Origin: Chlamydiota bacterium
GTDB lineage: Bacteria > Chlamydiota > Chlamydiia > Chlamydiales > RGXB01
NCBI GenBank assembly: GCA_947494155.1
Contig: CANLTW010000008.1
Span: 1-64,000 of the forward strand
Direction of reading: 5' to 3'
Length of the DNA stretch: 64,000 nt
Each line of letters begins with the position of its first letter. Positions within the stretch are counted from its first letter, which is position 1. The notes beneath the pieces are model-generated. The model worked only from the letters and a program-made list of their open reading frames with translations. It had not been told where the DNA came from and searched no databases. Positions 58,201 through 64,000 of this stretch are shown one piece after another. Made by a program: the position numbers and the translations under genes.

Positions 58201-58401
58201 ATTGGGGGTGAAATCGCCCTAAGCCGTGCTCCTTTAGGGGTTGCAATTGTCGGGGGATTGTTATTTGCGCAGATCTTAAGCCTTGTCGTTGCTCCCGTCG
58301 TTTTTGTCTACGTATACGATTACTCTAAAAAAATAACTACAAGAAAAGGGGGTCTTTTTTACCCCTACCGTGAAGATGATCACGAAACAAATAAAGAATA
58401 A
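55213..58401 (+). CDS. RND efflux permease (MdtB/MdtC-like)
   Basis: FIERPVAT, YPGASPE, GFLVDDAIIVLENI, SVTLTPMLCS, GIVMKNGILIVDFA, RFRPILMTT; AAGGGG RBS before ATG 55213. Confidence 0.95.
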   Translation: MHFSKSFIERPVATLLVMLTLITFGAYALSNLPVSVLPNTTANTISVSANYPGASPEQVATLVTGPLETQFLSIQGVESVNSSSTYQNSSILLKFHPSININDAATNTQQAISQVQGQLPPLPNLPSYTKVNPSDTPIMYIVVYSDTQDQSSIYDYANNIIARQLGTTEGVANVQVYGNPFAVRIHIDPESIAAKGITLADVSNAITQNNPVKPTGKFYGPNFTIITTADGQLFSADDYNNMIIKIQNDNVVRLTDIGRAFNSVQNTNQNIQWFNRGDSKGKEAVFIAILKQNNFNTVTVCSNLESKMLELTPSMPRSMKYDICFNQKNYVLESVKDIEMTLYLAFILVVIVVFLYLGKIRNSVIPLITLPITITGTFILMFFLGYNVDVMSLSAITLATGFLVDDAIIVLENIVRHGEEGMQPYKASIVGSKQIFTAIISISGCLCAVFIPMLYIPGLMGQLFSEMAGVMIAAILLSGFISVTLTPMLCSRFIPPYDPNKKSRVEELSIAFNEFFRKFYVPVLAWSLHHKRSILGLSFLLLITSVAITIKTPKEFLPDTPINAVIGYVVADESASPQKTEVFLKEIAKHTLSNPYVLGQCTVSDSPSDNMGIIFMILDDSKGSIPFDRVLQDFYVKSRSVLGCKVFFKPLPLINVQSGSSSAGRATFQYVVASQDEKIMEEKTKALMNAMRKEPEFFLVNSDLSVGSPVFSMHIDRDKARAYGNITPLNFENNLALAYGQTYVSTIYRPNSVNYVILELKNKFKQTPGEMDRLFLGPQVPGANVSPWGNMFSTTDTTSATNTTSLFKGTLKAEPNMINHYNSLPSSTISFNISTGYTISQALEKLAIIGPQVFEGKAVGFSSGASAEFQKAMVQLFILTGLAIFAIYIILGILYENFLHPITPISAVPLAAFGGLLTLYLLGFKLSIYAMIGIIMLMGIVMKNGILIVDFALEELEKNPQTTAEEAITKASMLRFRPILMTTFAAMMGAVPVALGIGGEIALSRAPLGVAIVGGLLFAQILSLVVAPVVFVYVYDYSKKITTRKGGLFYPYREDDHETNKE

Positions 58402-58418
58402 AAAAAGCTTACGAGAAG

Positions 58419-58448
58419 TCCCTAAATCGCTATGTTGCGGTTTAGGGA
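58419..58448. terminator. Hairpin between convergent RND and patatin genes
   Basis: TCCCTAAATCGC-tatgtt-GCGGTTTAGGGA 12-bp stem with one G-U pair. Confidence 0.6.
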
Positions 58449-58487
58449 TCTAAAGAGTAATAGTGCTAAAAAATTGCTTAAGAAGAT

Positions 58488-59459
58488 CTATAAAATGACG
58501 GGCAAGTGGAGTTTGGTATTATTTTCACATGCTTCGATAAAGCGGTCTATTTCATAGGATCGGCGCTCGATAAGCTCGTCGGCCAAATCTAGAAAAAAGA
58601 TATTTAGTTCATCATCCCCCTTAAAACCATCTACCGATTTCCCGCAGATCATGTTTAGGCGAAGGTGGCTATGAATCGGCAAGATCTCTTCCTGGAAAAT
58701 GAGTTGCATCGACTGGTTAACGAAACTCTCCTGGGCTTGCCTTAATTCGGGTAAAATATTATTTATCCAGCGTAAAGGTCCCCTTCTAAAGGTTTTTTGC
58801 AGAGGTTCAGATGGGGTCAAAGAGGAACCAATCGAAAGTATGTGGGCCCCTTTTTGTAAAATTTTTTCTTTAAAACTGAACAATGATAATAAACGGGGAT
58901 CATTTACATAAAGGGCCATATCTGAACCGGAAAATTTAGGCTGGCTTAACTTGGAATCGACGGCTCCGTAAACAGCATTCGCCCCAGTAGAAAGATACAC
59001 TAAATCACAAATGGACACATCAGGGTCTAAGTCGGAATCGAAGATTCGAATTTTTTTATTTTCAAAATCCCAAATGGGAAAGACACCTCTGATTTTGAGA
59101 TCTTTGAGTTTTGCATTTGCAAAATAGCGGTAAATCTGATCCCATTTTTTCTCATGACACAAAGCCGGTTTTATGGCACCCCAAAGCGAGCGAAGCCTCT
59201 CTGTTTTATTAGAGCGCATACTTTTGATCGAGAACATGATCTCCTCATTCAGGTCTTTGGCGGTAATGTCCCCATAACTCAGAATCGCCCCTAGGAAAGC
59301 ACCAGCAGATATACCAGAAAAACCATCGAAGAAATTATACACCCTTTTTGAGCTACGCTTTTCTATCTCGGCCAATAGACGCAAGGTAAATACACAGGCA
59401 AATGCGCCCCCATCGAGGTTTAAAATTCTAAATGATCGATTGGAAACACTTCCATCCAT
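58488..59459 (-). CDS. Patatin-like phospholipase, divergent motifs
   Basis: RILNLDGGA, FD..SGISAG, DMALYVNDP (for DGG..xNNP), ILSIGS. Confidence 0.82.
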   Translation of the reverse strand: MDGSVSNRSFRILNLDGGAFACVFTLRLLAEIEKRSSKRVYNFFDGFSGISAGAFLGAILSYGDITAKDLNEEIMFSIKSMRSNKTERLRSLWGAIKPALCHEKKWDQIYRYFANAKLKDLKIRGVFPIWDFENKKIRIFDSDLDPDVSICDLVYLSTGANAVYGAVDSKLSQPKFSGSDMALYVNDPRLLSLFSFKEKILQKGAHILSIGSSLTPSEPLQKTFRRGPLRWINNILPELRQAQESFVNQSMQLIFQEEILPIHSHLRLNMICGKSVDGFKGDDELNIFFLDLADELIERRSYEIDRFIEACENNTKLHLPVIL

Positions 59460-60307
59460 CCTTCTACCTCTTTGCGTATTTGTTTTGGTGTAAGGGATAC
59501 GTCTCCCATAAAACTAAAATCTAGCTGGCCTTCAATGAGAGGACACATCGAAATAATTTTTAAATCTTTATACAGTTGACTCTCAATAATCCGATTGCAA
59601 AGGTGCTCCTGATAGGACCTCCCCATAGACTCCAGCTCCTCAAAAATCTGCTTAGATAACACCCAGTGCAACCACCCTTTTTGAAAAAGCCTGCGTACTT
59701 TTTCCCCCTCTTGTTTTTTTTGACCTGCCCCGATATGCAGGATGTCTATTTTGAGATTTTTCCACTCTTGAAAGTTCTGTAACAGAGAAAAAAAAAGGGT
59801 GCTTCTTGTAGCTAAAGAGGCATCGATCAGGGTCGTTTCAAATTTTGGTTGAAAGACGGAAGGGGCAAAAGTGAGTTTTTGAACCAAAGAAAAAAGATCT
59901 AGATCTTTGTCTTTTGGATTAGAAGAATCAAAGGTTATAAGTTGTTTAAACTGGAAATCATACCCATGGCAGATCACCCTTTTTTTCAGGTCACCTAGGG
60001 TCTTATTTTGTAAAAAAGGATAGAAAGGTTGGGTCACTTTATTAGGACACATTCTTGGTAAAAATGGATAAAGCAAACGGTAAGCTCGTGAATTAAGGTA
60101 TGTTTGAGACTCCTCGAAGGCTTGTTCAATCTCTGAAATAGGAACCGAAAGGGCGAGGCAAAAAGAAAGAACTGCCCCCCATGAGCTCCCAATATACACA
60201 TCAAAGTCTTTTTCAAATTGTATGGAGCGCATCTGGGTCAGTTTCTTCATCACCAGGATTTGTCCAAGCCCTCTACACGGAGCACCATCAAGGGACAGAA
60301 ATCTCAT
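59420..60307 (-). CDS. Patatin-like phospholipase, divergent motifs
   Basis: LSLDGAPCRG, FD..IGSSWG, APSVF, LIDAS (for DGG), LHIGAG. Confidence 0.82.
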   Translation of the reverse strand: MRFLSLDGAPCRGLGQILVMKKLTQMRSIQFEKDFDVYIGSSWGAVLSFCLALSVPISEIEQAFEESQTYLNSRAYRLLYPFLPRMCPNKVTQPFYPFLQNKTLGDLKKRVICHGYDFQFKQLITFDSSNPKDKDLDLFSLVQKLTFAPSVFQPKFETTLIDASLATRSTLFFSLLQNFQEWKNLKIDILHIGAGQKKQEGEKVRRLFQKGWLHWVLSKQIFEELESMGRSYQEHLCNRIIESQLYKDLKIISMCPLIEGQLDFSFMGDVSLTPKQIRKEVEGWMEVFPIDHLEF

Positions 60308-60438
60308 AAACCCTTTTTTTAACCTCTTTGTAATGGTCTATTGTAGTGAAATCAATAGTTTTTTTCATTAGTAATCACCCCTTTCAAATAAACAACTAAT
60401 CTTTTGCGGTTAAAAAATAATTTATATATTAAAAGAAC

Positions 60439-61224
60439 ATGAATACTATGGGTTACCCTCTCGAATTTCTTGACGTGGTGTTAAAAGACCAGGTTTTTGA
60501 GCTGATTGACATTCCCATTCTGCTAGTAGTCCTCCTTGTTGAGGTCCTTTTTTCCGCTGACAACATGCTTGTTTTAGGAATTTTGATCAAAAAACTTCCC
60601 AAAATACATAGATCCCTGGCCATTTGGCTGGGTATTATTGGCAGTATTATTTTACGGGTGATTGCGATCCTTTTAGCCTCTTACCTGATCCGTTTCTACT
60701 ATTTTCAAGGGATAGGGGGTCTTTATCTGATTTATATAGCCTTTTACGAGCTTTTTTCAAGAAAAAACCCCTTTGAGGAGCCGGCGCTTCACATGAGCCT
60801 ATGTAAAACAGTCCTCTCTATCCTGTTACTGGATCTCGTCTTTTCCATAGACTCTATCCTAGCTGCCTTTGCTGTTGTGGGGATCTCGCCCCTCGACGGG
60901 GACACCTCCCCGAAATTATGGATAGTTGTGGTGGGGGCCTCTGCGGGAATTTTGCTACTAAGGTCTTTTACGGTCCAGGTGATACGCCTGCTTGAAAAAA
61001 AGCCCATTTTAGAAAACTACACCCTTATTTTTGTGGCTTGGATCGGTTTAAGGTTGTTCATCGAGGCGTGTCTAAGCTCTTTACAAATCGATTTTGGGAT
61101 ATCTGTCCTTGAAATTCGAGAGCTTGTGAAATGGATCTTTTGGTCGATTACCCTTCTGTTTTTTATCTACGCATTTTTTGAGATCTTTAGAAATAAAAAG
61201 AACCGAAAAACCATTCAGGGGTAA
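60439..61224 (+). CDS. TerC-family integral membrane protein
   Basis: EVLFSADNML, DLVFSIDSILAA. Confidence 0.9.
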   Translation: MNTMGYPLEFLDVVLKDQVFELIDIPILLVVLLVEVLFSADNMLVLGILIKKLPKIHRSLAIWLGIIGSIILRVIAILLASYLIRFYYFQGIGGLYLIYIAFYELFSRKNPFEEPALHMSLCKTVLSILLLDLVFSIDSILAAFAVVGISPLDGDTSPKLWIVVVGASAGILLLRSFTVQVIRLLEKKPILENYTLIFVAWIGLRLFIEACLSSLQIDFGISVLEIRELVKWIFWSITLLFFIYAFFEIFRNKKNRKTIQG

Positions 61225-61284
61225 CACATACAAAAGGTTCCTATTTCTCGATTAACCCTTTTTTTGCTATAGTCTTGTCTACTT

Positions 61285-61731
61285 ATGGAAAAAGAGATCG
61301 CAACCAATCGCCAGGCATTTTTCAACTACGAAATTCTCGATACCTTCGAAGCAGGGATCGCTTTAAAAGGGACCGAAGTAAAGTCCTTAAGAAATGGAAA
61401 ATGCAACATAGCAGAAAGTTATGTAGATCTCGAAAATACCCAACCCGTAATCAAATTAATGTCTATCCCCCCTTACGCGTTTGGAAATATCCACAACCAT
61501 GAAGAAAAAAGGGTGCGTAAGCTTCTCCTCCATAAAGAGGAGATTTTTCGGATCCAAAAATTAATCGAGCAAAAAGGGTACACCGCTATCCCCCTATCCA
61601 TTTACTTCAAAAAAGGGCTTGTAAAGCTAAAAATTGGGATAGGAAAGGGGAAAAAACTCCATGACAAGCGAAGCGTGATCAAAGAACGGGAGCTGTCTAG
61701 AGAGGCACAAAGGGCCATGAAAAACAGTTAA
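61285..61731 (+). CDS. smpB: SsrA-binding protein
   Basis: NRQAFFNY, EAGIALKGTEVKSLR, RKLLLHK, GKKLHDKR. Confidence 0.98.
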   Translation: MEKEIATNRQAFFNYEILDTFEAGIALKGTEVKSLRNGKCNIAESYVDLENTQPVIKLMSIPPYAFGNIHNHEEKRVRKLLLHKEEIFRIQKLIEQKGYTAIPLSIYFKKGLVKLKIGIGKGKKLHDKRSVIKERELSREAQRAMKNS

Positions 61732-61804
61732 AATTTGTTATCCATACAAACACACTTCCTTTTAAATAAGTATTTTTATAAAATAACACCTTGAAAAGAG
61801 GTGT

Positions 61805-62536
61805 ATTATCTTAGCCGTTCCCCCTGCGTATGCCCCCGCCCCTAATCTATCTTTCCCCAAAAAGGGGGGATCTTCGATTTTTTCTAAGATTCAATCGGTA
61901 TGTCTAGGTATTTTCCGATGTTTAAATAAATTTTTTACATCTATTTTTTCCAATTCTACCCCTCTCAAAAAAAGTTTTGTTGAAAAAACTGTCGACCTTT
62001 CAGCGAGGGTCCAACAAGAGTTAGATACTTACGTCCATGATTTAGATTTTGAAAAAGAAAAAAACCAGTTTGAAATCGATTTTTTGAGATCCTCCGACAC
62101 TCTGCTTAAGTGGAATACAGCCCCCCTAGAACAGTGCCCCTTTCTTGAGAAAATAATCGCATTCACTAAAGAGGATAAGGGCCTTGCGAATTTTGTGCAC
62201 TTCGGATTGGCTCAGGGATTCCCTAATGAACTCTTTCGTCAGCTTTTTTTAGAATTAAACACCCTGGAGCTTTCCCAATCGAGCGTCTTTTCGTCACGCC
62301 TTTTAAGTCTAGAAACCAAGGGAAATCTTGTATCCATCGAGTCTATCATAACCCCGTTCGTTCTGAGAGAAAACGACGAGATCAAAAATCACATCACTCT
62401 TTCAGGCCGTATCCAGTTGGATATAAAAACCCGAAACGTTACCGCTGAAGCGTATGCCTATTTCTTTTCTCCAAAAAGCTCGTATCTAGCGAGTGATCCG
62501 GCCTTTTCTAAAAGATTTTCTCCCCTTGCATCTTAA
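61805..62536 (+). CDS. Hypothetical protein; start uncertain (ORF track starts at TTG 62084)
   Basis: Frame is open from 61787 with no ATG/GTG/TTG until 62084; GAGG at 61798-61801 precedes in-frame ATT 61805 / ATC 61808. Confidence 0.55.
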   Translation: MILAVPPAYAPAPNLSFPKKGGSSIFSKIQSVCLGIFRCLNKFFTSIFSNSTPLKKSFVEKTVDLSARVQQELDTYVHDLDFEKEKNQFEIDFLRSSDTLLKWNTAPLEQCPFLEKIIAFTKEDKGLANFVHFGLAQGFPNELFRQLFLELNTLELSQSSVFSSRLLSLETKGNLVSIESIITPFVLRENDEIKNHITLSGRIQLDIKTRNVTAEAYAYFFSPKSSYLASDPAFSKRFSPLAS

Positions 62537-62684
62537 GGAATGTTTCCTTGGTTGTTTTGACGTTATTGCTAAAAACAGGGTTACCATCTTTTTTTCCAGG
62601 ACAGGAGGATAATCTATACTTTTTTAATATTTTCGTCCCCATTCCCAGACTTTTTGTATTTTAGCTCGAGGATTGAAAAATCGG

Positions 62685-62714
62685 TTGACATCGACTCTTT
62701 TTATCTACTAATCT
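62685..62714 (+). promoter_or_regulatory. Candidate sigma70/sigma66 promoter of dnaN-recF
   Basis: TTGACA-N18-TAATCT shortly upstream of dnaN. Confidence 0.5.
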
Positions 62715-62769
62715 TTTCCAAAAGATTTAAGCAAAAGGCTCTATGAGTAGTACACTGGAAGCTATCGGA

Positions 62770-63873
62770 ATGAAGTGCATCGTGAACCGGTCGCAATTGG
62801 TTTCCCTCATTTCTGTCGCACAAAGGATTGTCCCTGCAAAAGCGATCCTCCCCATCCTATCCAACGTTCTTATCGAGGCGGGCGATGGGATGATTACCCT
62901 GAGCGCTACCGACTTAAACGTAAGTTTACAAGCCTCCATGCCTGCACAAGTGGAGCTTGCCGGAGCCATCACTTTGCCTGCACGCCGTTTTTTCCAACTG
63001 ATACGTGAGCTCTCCACCCCGATGATTGAAATCACCGTTGAGGGGAATATCGCACAAATCCGGGCAGGGTCTTCCCATTTCAAGGTAAACGGAATTGACA
63101 AAAGCGAGTTTCCTCCAATCCCCTCGCAAATGACCGGTTTGACCGTCGATGTGAAAAGCGATGACCTTAGGGAAATGCTCATTCGCACCTCTTTTGCTGC
63201 TGCAAGGGAAGAGGTTGGCAAGCCCGCTTGCGTATCGGTACTGATGAAGATTGAAAAAAAGGTGGCTACTTTTGTTGCAACCGATGGGAAAAGGCTTGCC
63301 CGTTTCCAGAAATCGATTGAAATTGATCAAGACATCACAGCTGTTGTCCCACTTAAAGCGGTACAGGAGATGATTGATCTACTCAGCTTTGATGAGACGG
63401 CGACCCTTTCGTTTTTAGACGGAAAGATCCTTTTAAAGGTGGGTCCGGTCTGCCTAATCGCAAAACTGATAGGCCTACCTTACCCCGATTATGCTCGTGC
63501 TTTTGTCGATCAAAATGAGCTCACAATAATCAATATCCACAAAGAAGAGTGGGTAGCACTTTTGAGGCAAATCGCTCTTTTTACATCCGAAACAAGCCAT
63601 TCGGCACGCTTCACCTTTAAGGATGGATTGATGCGTCTACGTGCCCAAAGCCCGGAATATGGGGAGGGTGAGGTCGAAATGGCTGTTGATGTTGCCAAGG
63701 AGCTCGATATCGCCTTCAATCCCCACTATGTGATGGAAGCGCTTAAGCACTGCAAAGGAGATGTAGTCCGTTTAGGAATCTGCCACCCCTACATGCCAGG
63801 TCTTATCTTAGATCCCGCTTCAGTGGGAGTGGATTTCGTTGTCATGCCGATGCGATTGAAAGAGGATGATTAA
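62770..63873 (+). CDS. dnaN: DNA polymerase III beta sliding clamp
   Basis: PILSNVLI, SATDL, ATDGKRLA, YPDY, IAFNPHY, VVMPMRL; alternative start 62743. Confidence 0.97.
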   Translation: MKCIVNRSQLVSLISVAQRIVPAKAILPILSNVLIEAGDGMITLSATDLNVSLQASMPAQVELAGAITLPARRFFQLIRELSTPMIEITVEGNIAQIRAGSSHFKVNGIDKSEFPPIPSQMTGLTVDVKSDDLREMLIRTSFAAAREEVGKPACVSVLMKIEKKVATFVATDGKRLARFQKSIEIDQDITAVVPLKAVQEMIDLLSFDETATLSFLDGKILLKVGPVCLIAKLIGLPYPDYARAFVDQNELTIINIHKEEWVALLRQIALFTSETSHSARFTFKDGLMRLRAQSPEYGEGEVEMAVDVAKELDIAFNPHYVMEALKHCKGDVVRLGICHPYMPGLILDPASVGVDFVVMPMRLKEDD

Positions 63874-64000
63874 AACTTTACAAGTCCACAAGTTTCGCTC
63901 ACACGCATTTTGTAGCGTCCCCTTCTCGAAGGGGATGTTTGCTATTGTGGGGCCGAATGGAATTGGCAAAACAAACCTTCTAGAGGCTATCACTGTAGCT
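63866..64000 (+). CDS. recF: DNA replication/repair protein RecF (5' part only)
   Basis: MIKTLQVHKFRSH...IVGPNGIGKTNLLEAI, overlapping the dnaN stop. Confidence 0.9.
   Translation, partial: MIKTLQVHKFRSHAFCSVPFSKGMFAIVGPNGIGKTNLLEAITVA

Noticed and set aside
58488..60307. CBASS/CapV anti-phage system
   Set aside because: No CD-NTase or ancillary genes adjacent
61732..62742. tmRNA (ssrA), tRNA or oriC near smpB/dnaN
   Set aside because: No tRNA-like ends or DnaA-box cluster seen; mostly an open reading frame
1..64000. CRISPR array, rRNA or tRNA genes
   Set aside because: No regularly spaced repeats or RNA gene signatures seen; intergenic gaps are short

Overview
A gene-dense bacterial chromosome segment, very likely from an environmental member of the Chlamydiota. 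This rests on chlamydial gene orders (aroA-aroK/L-aroC-aroB-aroDE; smpB...dnaN-recF) plus SET-domain, LRR, patatin and Inc-like genes. The backbone is housekeeping (leuS and recF cut by the window edges, mnmA, adk, rlmN, ABC-F, smpB, dnaN), interspersed with orphan effector-like genes and four tandem paralog pairs. The main discovery is a ~9.5 kb minus-strand RiPP (modified peptide) cluster at 45482-54941, lying between the adaptor and permease genes of a TolC-MFP-RND efflux system. It encodes an unannotated 38-aa double-glycine precursor (MKKQPKNPGKKEQKSSDKNREKKITGG|GGGFTTPGSKP) with its own RBS and terminator, two AhpD-fold proteins lacking the CxxC motif, a stand-alone LanM-type dehydratase (DUF4135, no cyclase), and an NHLP-type HlyD + C39-peptidase ABC + ABC exporter with one degenerate ATP site. 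The cysteine-free core and missing cyclase predict a linear dehydroamino-acid peptide, perhaps further modified by the AhpD pair. Other observations: a gene split at an A8 tract, an M15 peptidase remnant, a possibly secreted LOG variant, long gene overlaps and several structured intergenic elements. No rRNA, tRNA, CRISPR array or transposase was recognised. All calls are by eye from motifs; no searches were run.
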